DNA of 20,000 bases from the NCBI RefSeq assembly GCF_004010195.1, contig NC_057719.1, positions 85,682,255 to 85,702,254 on the forward strand. Reading direction: 5' to 3'. The notes under the pieces are model-generated. The model made no database searches. It had not been told where the DNA came from and worked only from the letters and a program-made list of their open reading frames with translations. Both the position numbers and the translations under genes were made by a program. The DNA is from Chiloscyllium plagiosum. Taxonomy: Eukaryota. This document shows, piece by piece, positions 1-9,736 of this stretch (the first letter of the stretch is position 1; every line of letters begins with the position of its first letter).

Positions 1-227
1 CCCATCCAGACCTATTTCCCTCAGACTAATGCACCTAACACTATGGGCAATTTAGCATGGCCAATTCACCTGACCTGCACATCTTTGGATTGTGGGAGGA
101 AGCCGGAGCAAACTCATGCAGACACGGAGAGAATGTGCAAACTTCACACAGGCAGTCACCCAAGGCTGGAATCAAACCTGGGACCCTGGTGCTGTGAGGC
201 AGCAGTGCTAATCACTGAGCCACTGTA
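1..227 (-). mobile_element. HE1-type tRNA-derived SINE (3' end runs off the window)
   Basis: Reverse complement reads ACAGTGGCTCAGTGATTAGCACTGCTGCCTCACAGCACCAGGGTCCCAGGTTTGATTCC (A/B-box tRNA head), followed by GTGTGAAGTTTGCACATTCTC and TTGGCCATGCTAAATTGCCC, the body of elasmobranch HE1 SINEs. Confidence 0.9.
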
Positions 228-235
228 TGTTAAAA

Positions 236-522
236 TGGGTCAGAGGACGATGGTAAAGGGGAGGTCTTGGCTGTTCAGACCTGATGGTATCAATTTGATC
301 ATGACCTATCCAGATCCCATTTCATGTTTGCAACATTCCCCACAAATGTCTCTCACAATACTGTGTTAATATTATTGTGGGCTTTGTGGAGTAGACAGGG
401 AGAGGGAGTGACTTTCTCATTGTGGGAACCAGCAACATAGTATGGATGAGTTTCAGTGGAATTAAATACGTACCTGAGGAAAAGGGGAAAAGAGGGTTTT
501 GCTGATCGATGAGAAGTTTTAG
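236..522. repeat. Second copy of an unidentified dispersed sequence also found at 4900-5270
   Basis: TGGGTCAGAGGACGATGGTAAAGGGGAGG...GGTTTTGCTGAT aligns co-linearly with 4900-5270. This copy lacks about 80-85 bp present at roughly 5106-5188. Confidence 0.9.
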
Positions 523-550
523 CTGGTGAAATCTAGATTGCTTTTAACAC

Positions 551-846
551 ACAGTGGCTCAGTGATTAGCACTGCAGCCTCATAGTAGCAGGGTCCCAGG
601 TTTGATTCCAGCCTTGGGTGACTGTCTGTGTGGAGTTTGCACATTCTCCCTGTGTCTGCATGGGTTTCCTCCGGGTGCTCTGGTTTCCTCCCCCAGTCCA
701 AAGATGTACAGGTCAGGTGAATTGGCCATGCTAAATTGCCTATAGTGTTAGCTGCATTGGTTAGAGTGAAATGGGTCTGAGTGGGTTACTCTTCGGAGGG
801 TCGGTGTGGACTGGTTGGGCCGAAGGGAATCTAATCTAATCTAAAA
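551..846 (+). mobile_element. HE1-type SINE with (AATCT)n tail
   Basis: tRNA-like head CAGTGGCTCAGTGATTAGCACTGC...GGTTTGATTCC, HE1 body GTGTGGAGTTTGCACATTCTCCC, CR1-like tail GGGCCGAAGGG followed by AATCTAATCTAATCT. Confidence 0.92.
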
Positions 847-859
847 TGCATAACACGAG

Positions 860-962
860 TGAGTCTCAGTCATGATGACCATGACAACTATTACTGAATG
901 TTTTAAAAACACATCTTGCTCATTATTATCCTTTAGAGATGGAAATCTGCTATCATTACCTG
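860..962 (+). mobile_element. Degenerate internal fragment of the SINE family at 7330-7665
   Basis: ATGATGACCATGACAAC...AAAAACACATCTTGCTCATT...GGAAATCTGCTATCATTACCTG resembles 7455-7545. Confidence 0.5.
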
Positions 963-966
963 AACT

Positions 967-1053
967 ACACAGACAGGAAGCTGGAAGAACACAGCAAGCC
1001 AGGCAGCATCAGGAGGTGAATGAGTCGACGTTTTGGGTGTAACTCTTCTGCAG
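967..1053 (-). mobile_element. Penelope-like element terminal-repeat fragment with a decayed hammerhead-like motif
   Basis: Reverse complement CTGCAGAAGAGTTACACCCAAAACGTCGAC...GATGCTGCCTGGCTTGCTGTGTTCTTCCAGC parallels 8194-8270. Confidence 0.6.
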
Positions 1054-1329
1054 AGTGCTAGGTTGTGGGGAAGAGTAGATCAGGGAACAAATGCTTACTG
1101 AAGCAGGTTTGATTTTTAAAACTCCAATTGACTGAACCTCAATAAAGTTGGAAGACACAGCAGCAGGAAGGTGAGATGATGGAAGAAGGGAGTTGATGAT
1201 TGATGAATGTTGGGTTTAAAACTGGAGAGGACTGAACAGTTGAAGAGATTTGGTCCTCATGGACCAGCTATTGAAATCTGTGATCACCACTTGAAGTTTT
1301 AAAACAGAACTTTTAAAAAAGGAAATGAA

Positions 1330-1829
1330 NNNNNNNNNNNNNNNNNNNNNNNNNNNNNNNNNNNNNNNNNNNNNNNNNNNNNNNNNNNNNNNNNNNNNNN
1401 NNNNNNNNNNNNNNNNNNNNNNNNNNNNNNNNNNNNNNNNNNNNNNNNNNNNNNNNNNNNNNNNNNNNNNNNNNNNNNNNNNNNNNNNNNNNNNNNNNNN
1501 NNNNNNNNNNNNNNNNNNNNNNNNNNNNNNNNNNNNNNNNNNNNNNNNNNNNNNNNNNNNNNNNNNNNNNNNNNNNNNNNNNNNNNNNNNNNNNNNNNNN
1601 NNNNNNNNNNNNNNNNNNNNNNNNNNNNNNNNNNNNNNNNNNNNNNNNNNNNNNNNNNNNNNNNNNNNNNNNNNNNNNNNNNNNNNNNNNNNNNNNNNNN
1701 NNNNNNNNNNNNNNNNNNNNNNNNNNNNNNNNNNNNNNNNNNNNNNNNNNNNNNNNNNNNNNNNNNNNNNNNNNNNNNNNNNNNNNNNNNNNNNNNNNNN
1801 NNNNNNNNNNNNNNNNNNNNNNNNNNNNN
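1330..1829. other. Assembly gap (500 N)
   Basis: Run of exactly 500 N; the ORFs 1299..1835 and 1325..1894 are artefacts of it. Confidence 1.
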
Positions 1830-2358
1830 GAGCATTGAGCAGTAAAATCAGAATGAATGGGAAGAAAGGGGTTAAAATAATACTTAGAGTATGAAAGGTT
1901 GTCTATGCAGTTTCTGTGAAAAATCTCTCTGACTCAATACCGCGTCCCCCAGGACACATCATCAATGACATATTCAGATTCATACATAAAGTACCAAGGA
2001 ATATTTTTCGAGCAGAACCCCACACTCACTGTTGGAATAACCACAGTTGCAGTTCTCCCTGTGCAATACTTTGTTTTCAGTTTCTGACAAGAAATTGCAA
2101 CAAATCGATCAAAGGTAAAACTGACGGTGATCCAGACGGAGATGTCCGTGGCTGCAGAAAGCAGGACATGTGAAAGGGAAATTGCGGAAGTGGTGTCCAG
2201 GTAAATTCCTGGGAAATTAAATGGGATCATTGTGAACAGTATCACATCAGTGACAACGACCAGGAGATCTGCAACTGCCATGGCCACCAGGTAGTGGGTG
2301 ATACATGTGGAGAGTCCACATCAGTCACGTGTCAGGATGAGAATGGCCACTAAGTTAG
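1830..2358 (-). pseudogene. Exon 2 of a GPR139-like class A GPCR pseudogene (gene A; TM1-end to TM5, cut by the gap)
   Basis: Acceptor TTTGTTACAG at 2359-2368, then (A)NLVAILILTRD*CGLSTCITHYLVAMAVADLL...SVWITVSFTFDRFVAISCQKLKTKYCT...KNIPWYF. There is an in-frame TGA at 2321-2323 and a frameshift near 1935-1950. The TM5 frame reads FTETA*TTFHTLSIILTPFFPFILILLLNAL, with a further stop. Confidence 0.9.
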
Positions 2359-2808
2359 CTGTAACAAATGCAATTACACCAGTAGGATTATGCATCAGCA
2401 TTTATAGACAGACATCCCTGAAAACAATACAAGAATGCTGAAGTCATAAATAATTCAGCCTCTTGAGTTGCCCCCATATTCCTCCAAGTGACAGATAATG
2501 TACATTGTCAGTCATTTCCCTGTATTCACTCTTGAAGACACAATATCGTTGCTGTTCATAAAAAGCTCTTCAAGGTCAGTTTTTATAGCTGTGCACAGTC
2601 ACACAGATGAAAATAGGTTCACTTTTTCCACCTTTTAACTGTTAATCATATCAAGTCAATCACTCCTTAGTCCTTCATATCCACAGGAATATATTTCCTC
2701 TCATGTGTCCTATCAGCCTGGCTACCTTTCTGCTGTATACATTACAAGGCTGGTTTGGGTCATTGGGGAGTGGGGGATGGTGGGGGGTTAGGTCATGGTG
2801 GGAACCAT

Positions 2809-4648
2809 TTCTGTGAGTACTGTAGGGGGGGAATATTGGGTCAGGGTTTGTGGAGGCATGTAAGGTCCTACAGTGAAAGTGTGTTCAGTTCTGGTGGTGG
2901 ACAGAGGGGTGTGAGGCCTAGTGGTGGGATCCGAGGACAGTGGGAAATGCTGAATGTGGCTTGTGGAGGGAAATGGTTCACTACTGAGGTAAGTCTGGGG
3001 TTTATTGACTAGCTATTCAGGGATTAGACTCAGTATGTAATGGTCTAACCTCTCCTGAGTGCCAATTTACATAATTTCAGAAGAGTCTTCCAAATCCTCT
3101 GTGGAGACCAGCAGAATATCTGAGGTAATGAGGAATTTTTGAGGAGAATTTCGTAGGCAATTCCTTCAGAGTGGGCAATGATGGGCATTCCACAGGGTCC
3201 CTCTGTGCAACTCTTATCTGTGCTGGAATAACACATGCCTGGGCATCGGGAAATCCAGGCCAATGATTCTGGGGAGCAAGGATCGAAAGGGTTTAGAACA
3301 TATTTACAAGGACATTGCCAGGGTTGGAGAGTTTGAACTATAGGGAGAGACTGGAAAGCTGGGGCTGTTTTCCCTGGAGCAGCGGCGGCTGAGGGGTGAC
3401 CTTATAGAGGTTTATAAAATCATGAGAGACATGGATAGGATAAATAGGCAAGGTCATGTCCTCGGGGCAGGGGCAGTCCAGAACTAGAGGGCATAGATTT
3501 AGGGTAAGATGGGAAAGATATAAAAGGGACATAAAGGGTAACGTTTTCATGCAGAGGGTGGTGTATGTATGGAATGAGCTGCCAGAGGAAGTGGTGGAGG
3601 CTGGTGCCATGACAGCATTTAAAAGGCATCTGGATGAATACATGAATAGGGAGCATTTACAGGGATATGGGCCAAGTGCTGGCAAATGGGACTAGATTAG
3701 TTTAGGATGTCTGGTCGGCATGGATGATTCTGTGAGTACTGTAGGGGGGGAATATTGGGTCAGGGTTTGTGGAGGCATGTTAGGTCCTACAGTGAAAGTG
3801 TGTTCTGTTCTGGTGGTGGACAGAGGGGTGTGAGGCCTGGTGGTGGGATCCGAGGACAGTGGGAAATGCTGAATGTGGCTTTTGGAGGGAAATGGTTAAC
3901 TACAGGTGAGGTAAATATGGGGTTTATTGAATAGCTATTCAGGGATTAGACTCAGTATTTAATGGTCTAACTTCTCCTGAGTGCCAATTTACATAATTTC
4001 AGAAGAGTCTTCCAAATCCTCTGTGGAGACCAGCAGAATGTCCGAGGTAATGAGGAATTTTTGAGGAGAATTTCGTCGGCAATTCCTTCGGAGTGGGCAA
4101 TGATGGGCATTCCACAGGGTCCCTCTGTGCAACTCTTATCCGTGCTGGAATAACACATGCCTGGGCATCGGGAAATCCAGGCCAATGATTCTGGGGAGCA
4201 AGGATCGAAAGGGTTTAGAACATATTTACAAGGACATTGCCAGGGTTGGAGAGTTCGAACTATAGGGAGAGACTGGAAAGCTGGGGCTGTTTTCCCTGGA
4301 GCATCGGCGGCTAAGGGGTGACCTTATAGAGGTTTAGAAAATCATGAGAGACATGGATAGGATAAGTAGCAAGGTCATGTCCCTGGGGCAGGGGCAGTCC
4401 AGAACTAGAGGGCATAAATTTAGGGTAAGATGGGAAAGATATCAAAGGGGCATAAAGGGTAACGTTTTCATGCAGAGGGTGGTGTATGTATGGAATGAGC
4501 TGCCAGAGGAAGTGGTGGAGTCTGGTGCCATGACAGCATTTAAAAGGCATTTGGATGAATACATGAATTAGGAGGGTTTACAGGGATATGGGCCAAGTGC
4601 TGGCAAATGGGACTAGATTAGTTTAGGATGTCTGGTCGGCATGGATGA
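2809..4648. repeat. Tandem direct duplication: 2809-3727 and 3728-4648 (about 920-bp units)
   Basis: Both units start TTCTGTGAGTACTGTAGGGGGGGAATATTGGG and end GTCTGGTCGGCATGGATGA. They differ by scattered substitutions and small indels, and carry duplicated ORFs 3045..3263 and 3967..4185. Confidence 0.97.
3283..3727 (+). mobile_element. CR1/HER1 LINE 3' fragment (tail cut by the duplication junction)
   Basis: ORF2 C-terminal remnants ERLGLFSLE-like, RLRGDLIEVYKIM and SRTRGHRFRVR...NVFMQRVVYVWNELP. Confidence 0.92.
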
Positions 4649-4696
4649 GTTGGACAGAAGGGTCGTTTCTGTGCTACACATTTCTATGACTCCATG
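4205..4696 (+). mobile_element. CR1/HER1 LINE 3' fragment with tail
   Basis: Same ORF2 C-terminus; ends GTTGGACAGAAGGGTCGTTTCTGTGCT...TCTATGACTCCATG. Confidence 0.92.
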
Positions 4697-5272
4697 TGTC
4701 TATCATAGATAGTGATCCCAGAGAGCCAGGGGATTCCAGATCGTAATCCAAGAGAACAAGGAAATCCCTGTTAAGGAAAGGAGCACACAAGGACAATGCA
4801 TGGATTGATTTGTGGTGGAACATAACAGTAAGGCCCCGCTCGGACAGTGAACATTGTGGTGGAGTGTATCAACTCAGCAAACTGGGTGGAGGTTGCGGGT
4901 GGGTCAGAGGACGATGGTAAAGGGGAGGGTCTTGGCTGTTCAGACCTGATGGTATCAATTTGATCATGACCTGTCCAGATCCCATTTCATTTTGGCAATA
5001 TTCTCCACAAATGTCTCTCACAATGCTGTGTTAATATTATCGTGGGCGTTATAGAGTGGACATGGAGAGGGAGGGTGTTTCTAACTGTGGGGGCCAGCAA
5101 CATAGAGACTATCAGTATCAACATATTAACCCAGAGAATAGTGAGAATGAAGGGGGTTGCTGGAACAGGGATTAGTTCAGGTGAATGGTATGGATGAAGT
5201 TCAGTGAAATTAAATACGTATATGAGGGAGAGGGGAACAGAGGGTTTTGCTGATAGATGGAATGTTTTAGAG

Positions 5273-5422
5273 CAACATTCCCAATAAGCCACTCTGAGGT
5301 TCTGCACACAGCGTTCGGAATCAGCACGCCGACTGCAGCATTGACTTCCCGTTCTGGAAGTTATTGCCGCACATCGACCATGGAGACCCAGGCAGCTGGT
5401 AAGAAAATTAGAGGGAACGCTG
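5273..5422. mobile_element. Possible small MITE with degenerate 15-bp terminal inverted repeats
   Basis: Left CAACATTCCCAATAA versus reverse complement of the right end CAGCGTTCCCTCTAA (11/15 match). No clear target-site duplication. Confidence 0.35.
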
Positions 5423-5574
5423 GCCCGAAGGCCAAGAATCAGATCCCACCTGGTCCAGAGATGTGTAATCCACCTCTGAACAGAGAGCTTACAGGGATCC
5501 CTCAGCCCCATTTACCACATGTTCATTCTGGGTGCGAGAAATAATTCTACACATACTGTAGGTGACATAAGATT

Positions 5575-5745
5575 CAATAGGCTTTCCTGAAAACTTGCTG
5601 TAGCTGTAAACTAACCTTCAGTGATTCACACACTAGGAATGCCCAGATCTCTCTACATCTCAGAACACCACAATGTCTCACCGTTTCGATAGTAGGCTTG
5701 TTTTTATTCTTTCTGCCAAAATGGATAATGTCACACTCAGGGACA
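5575..5745 (-). mobile_element. Degenerate CR1 LINE ORF2 fragment
   Basis: Minus-strand translation contains ECDIIHFGRKNK and ESLKVSLQLQQVFRKA, typical of CR1 ORF2 downstream of RT. Confidence 0.75.
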
Positions 5746-6159
5746 CATCTGTGATGTCGCTGGGAGTAGACCTGTTGCCTCCAAAGTAAGGATACTGCCA
5801 CAGAACCACTACAGTCCTTCAAGTCCCGAGTGACTGACCCTTCAACAATGTCATCATTGTTAATGCGCTGTCCAGCAACAGATCTGAAGGAATTCTACTT
5901 TGAAATCTTCGCTCTTGTCTATCTTTCTTTTTTCTCCATGTTGTTTCATCCCATATTTCATTCCAACTCTAGTCTTTTTCTGTTCCTAATTGGGTCCATT
6001 ATTATGACTGTGCATAAATAGATCTCTGTTCACCTGAATTAACAGTGATACTGAAGACCAGGAGGGAAGGCAATGCCCCAACAGATTAAACAGCAAGTGA
6101 GTAATTTACCAACTCAATCACAAGTTGAGGAGGGCTTGAAAACTCTGACTCAGTACTCA

Positions 6160-6552
6160 ATGGAGTTCAGAGGAATGAAGGGGGTATCTCATTGACAGTT
6201 ACAGAACACTGACAAGCTTGGATAGAGCAGATGTGGGGAAGGAGTCTCCTCTTGTAAGAGAAACTAGGACCCGAGGTTATAGCCTTAGAGTGAAAGGACA
6301 ATCTTTGGGAACCAAGATGAGGAGAAATTTCTTCATCCAAAGGGTGATGAATCTGTGGAACTCTTTGTCAGAGACGGCTGTGGAGACCATGTCATTGAAT
6401 GGATTTAAGGCAGAGATATGTGGGTTCCTGATGAGTAAGGAGGTCGTGAGTCATGGGGAGAAGTCAGGAGAATGGGGCTGAGAAACACATCAGCCAAATG
6501 GGCTGACTCGATGGACTTAATGGACTAATCCTGAACCTATTTCATATGGTCT
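6160..6552 (+). mobile_element. CR1 LINE 3' fragment (different subfamily)
   Basis: GAGTTCAGAGGAATGAAGGGGG, then TRTRGYSLRVKG...MRRNFFIQRVMNLWNSL; tail CCTATTTCATATGGTCT. Confidence 0.85.
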
Positions 6553-6638
6553 AAAATGACATGACTAAACATTTTAGATGCACATGTGAGATATGTTAAT
6601 ACACATTCACCGTGATTAAGAGGTGAGCAAGTTCTTAC

Positions 6639-6711
6639 CAGGAATTCCAACGACAGCAAGAACTGTGTAGTAAATGTCTTCGATCTGATGGAATACTGTT
6701 GGTTCACGCAT
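6639..6711 (-). CDS. Exon 1 of GPR139-like gene A (N-terminus and first half of TM1), itself intact
   Basis: ATG at 6711 gives MREPTVFHQIEDIYYTVLAVVGIP plus G, followed by donor GTAAGA. The 73-nt phase-1 exon joins the 2358 acceptor in frame (GIP-A-NLVAILIL), implying a 4280-nt intron. Confidence 0.85.
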
Positions 6712-7207
6712 TTTCTGTGAGAGATGATGGTTTACATTGACCACGGAGACAAACGTTCTCCCTGATTGTATGATACAGTCAAATGGGCTTAATATTTGTA
6801 CAGGAGGGACAGCTCCAGTGAGATCATTCAATTATCGATATTAATTACAGCTCCCTGAACAAACATGTGAGTGAAATCACGTGAACACAAATGTGCTTGA
6901 TGTGAATTAAACATAATTGACATATTGTCGTAATGTAAAAAATGTGATTGACTCTAACCCTACTAATGAAATGGCATTAGTCCATCAAATTGTTTTGACA
7001 TTATTGAGATATTCTCTGTCGTTTCTTTTCCATTTAATATAAAATGTGATCAGTTTTGTTTTCGCATTTCCCCAGAGTATTTGCTGTGTCAGTTCAGGGT
7101 GTTGTGATTGCTGTTAGATTATTCCTGTATTTTGGTTCAGTGGTCGCACTGATACCTTTCAGACAGGTACACTCCCAGCCACAAGCAGGTAATCTCGACT
7201 GCTCGTT

Positions 7208-7300
7208 GCGATACTGAGGAGTGCTGCATTGCTAACAGTGCCACTTTTCAAAATAGGTGAGAGACTGAACTCCATCTTTGCCCTTTCAAGGGCACACAGA
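7208..7300 (+). mobile_element. DeuSINE-like (SacSINE1/AmnSINE1-type) core fragment
   Basis: TACTGAGGAGTGCTGCATTGCTAACAGTGCCACTTTTC resembles the Deu domain start and 13999-14040. Confidence 0.5.
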
Positions 7301-7329
7301 ACGCGATGTGAGGGGAACTGATGGCCGAC

Positions 7330-7665
7330 AGGTATTATCGCTAGACTATTAATCCAGAGATACTGGTCATGATCATATGGGGATCTGGGGACCAATCTCA
7401 CCACAGCAGAAGATGGAATTTGAATTCAATTAGTTTAAGGAAATAGGAGTCCAGTGAAGACTGTGAAACCATTGTCAATTTTCCGAACAACCCATCCAGT
7501 TCACTAATGTGTATTAAGGCTGGAATCTACTGTCCTTACTGGTCAGGCCTGCGTGTGACACCATACTCATAGCTATGTGGTTGACATTTGCCTGCCCTCT
7601 GGGTAATTAAGGATGGGCAATAAATGCTGTCCTGGCCTTTGACACCCACATCCTAGGGATGACCA
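7330..7665 (+). mobile_element. tRNA-derived SINE (non-HE1 family), degenerate
   Basis: Head TATTATCGCTAGACTATTAATCCAGAGA; body GGAATTTGAATTCAAT and CCCATCCAGTTCACTAATGT; tail GGATGGGCAATAAATGCTG...GACACCCACATCC. Confidence 0.65.
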
Positions 7666-7902
7666 AAAGCAAATGTGACAATGTTTTCAAGAGCAGGATC
7701 GTTTTGGAGCTGTTGATTTTGGGGTCATTAATGATCACAGTTACCTAGTCCATGTGGTCGATGATTCGTAGCAACTTTCTGATGGCTTATTGAGCGTGTA
7801 AGAGGCACAGTTTATCAGACATCCTAATATGCCAGCATTTGGTCCATATCCCTCTGAACTTGAGATATTTAAATATGTACACTCTACTGAAATTAATAAC
7901 TT

Positions 7903-8312
7903 CTTGCAAGAGGATTCGCAGTAGGTTAAAATCAACTAGGAGAAAGTGAGGACTGCAGATGCTGGAGATGAGAGCTGAAAAATGTGTTGCTGTAAAAGCG
8001 CAGCAGGTCTTGCAAGGATGCCTTCCTTGAAGAAGCTCTCTTCCTCCCTCTACAAGGATTTCGGTGAGTCCCTCTCTCACTGCACCCCCCAGGTCATCTA
8101 ACCTCCTTTCACCTATCGCATTCCCAGTGCCCCTCCCCCAAGTCCTTCCTCCCTATCTTTTATCTTAGCCTGCTTGGCATACCCTCCTCATTCCTGAAGA
8201 AGGGCTTATGCCCAAAACGTCGATTCTCCTGCTCCTTGGATGTTGCCTGACCTGCTGCGCTTTTCCAGCAACACATTTTTCAGCTCTGATCTCTAGCGTC
8301 TGCAGTCCTCAC
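7903..8312 (+). mobile_element. Internally deleted Penelope-like retroelement with an inverted 5' terminal repeat
   Basis: 64-bp inverted repeat at 7946-8009 and 8249-8312. ORF start MPSLKKLSSSLYKDFGESLSHCTPQVI at 8018, then a C/T-rich tract and a hammerhead-like motif at 8194-8221. Confidence 0.7.
8186..8228 (+). ncRNA. Minimal hammerhead-ribozyme-like motif, probably inactive
   Basis: CTGAAGA (CUGANGA box), stem GGGC-TTAT-GCCC, then AAAA where GAAA is expected, then CGTC. This is the layout of Penelope-associated minimal hammerheads. Confidence 0.55.
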
Positions 8313-9328
8313 ATAAAGTACCAAGGTCTATTGAAAATGTGATTGTTAATCAATGTGTTATGAAGTAAATATAATTCTTTTTTTAGTTTTGAAACCTAGT
8401 TCCGTATAATATTTGTCACAGCAATCCCAGTGATTGGAAGATGTGTTACCCCTCTCAATGCTCGGCTGCATTGAGAAGCAAAGTAACTTTAAATGAGCAA
8501 AAGTCAATTACATTAAATGGTTAAAGTAAGTTTACCTTAGCATTTAAATAAAAACAATAACATTTCCAACTCAAAACCCAATATTAGCTGGCGTATATGC
8601 ATTGTGTTTTTGATGATAAACCTTTCATGAAATGTGACATTTCCAATGACTTGATTGGCATCAGGCCTGAAGACCAAAGCAGTGACATAGAAAAAAATAT
8701 AGAAACGAGGCCTATTCAAACAGATCATGGCTAAGCATCTACCTCTACGTCATTTTTCCAGCACATCACTTTGGAAAGTGCTTTGTTTTGATATTCTGAC
8801 TAAGAAAGAAACATTAGATACATCTCCCCAGAATTTGAAGTGCCAGTAAAAACTGGATTTCACAAGCATCTGTACAAAGGCGACTTGAATGTTGAACAAC
8901 ACTGCACACAGAGATTTCACAAATGAACAGCTTGCTAAATAGGTGGCTTGCTGATAGACAATCAACAAGGTTAGCTCATGGGGAAACTATATTCATTGCA
9001 GTTTACTGTCTTAGAGGCCTATTAAGTAATTGGTGTCTTGATTTTTAAATAATCAATGGCTGGAGGCTGAGAATCGGTTTTTGCAATTGTTACACTTGAG
9101 TGAGTCTGTCTGAGGCCAAACTGCAGAAAGTCTCTGCAGCGTACGGAACAGTTGATTATCCTTATACCATGAGGATCCTCTTATTAACATTCCTCTTCAA
9201 ACACTTCGCATAAAACAGATATCCCTCTGGGTTATAGGTTAAGGTGATAAAGTCGCCTCTCCGCAGCCAGGGAGGAAGCTTTTCCAGCACCACAATGTCG
9301 ACAGGGATCATAATATCAAGCTTGAGAC

Positions 9329-9650
9329 CTAACTCTTGCTGTGATCCAGTAGCTTCCTGCGGATTCTGCTGGCCACTAAAATGTGTCTGACTGTCAGAGC
9401 ATTGAGCAGTCTGAATGGGAGGAAAGGAGTTACACTTATTCTGAGGCAGTTAAATGCTACCCAGGCAGCTTCAGTGAAAAACCTGGTGTTGCAGGGCACA
9501 TTGTCAATTATATATTCAGGTTCATATACAAAGTACCAATTAATATTTTACAGGAAGAACAGCATCTTACTGTTGCAATAACCATAGTCACAGTTTTCTC
9601 TGTACAATATATTGTTCTCAACTTATGACAATGAATTGCAATGAATTGAT
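9329..9650 (-). pseudogene. GPR139-like exon-2 fragment (TM3-end to ICL3), duplicate of 11694-12015
   Basis: QFIAIHCHKLRTIYCTEKT, a frameshift, then KNINWYFVYEPEYIIDNVPC...AWVAF...TPFLPFRLLNALTVRHILVASRIRRKL. Confidence 0.88.
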
Positions 9651-9736
9651 TGGCTTGGAGACCATTGTAAGAAAATCTCCAAAAGAGATAAAGTGTTTGC
9701 GAATCTGGGAAATGAAATAAATGCAGTGATCTATTG

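Noticed and set aside
43..701. ORFs containing CGRKPEHPEETHADTGRMCKLHTDS (also at 9864 and 11325)
   Set aside because: Antisense translations of HE1 SINEs, not genes.
1299..1894. Long ORFs spanning poly-X
   Set aside because: Artefacts of the 500-N gap.
2757..2830. G-quadruplex-like G runs
   Set aside because: Explained as the antisense of the Pro/Thr-rich tract; no independent sign of function.
4987..5544. 174-aa and 95-aa ORFs as real genes
   Set aside because: They cross the boundary at about 5270 between the unknown element and MITE/SINE-like sequence, so they are chimeric.
6785..6805. TATA-like TACAAATATT upstream of exon 1
   Set aside because: Non-consensus and common in AT-rich DNA; unsupported without transcription start data.
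8311..9000. ACATAAAGTACCAAGG match to the GPCR PWYFM codons, and coding-looking frames
   Set aside because: The 16-bp match does not extend convincingly, and the frames have several stops with no recognisable motif.
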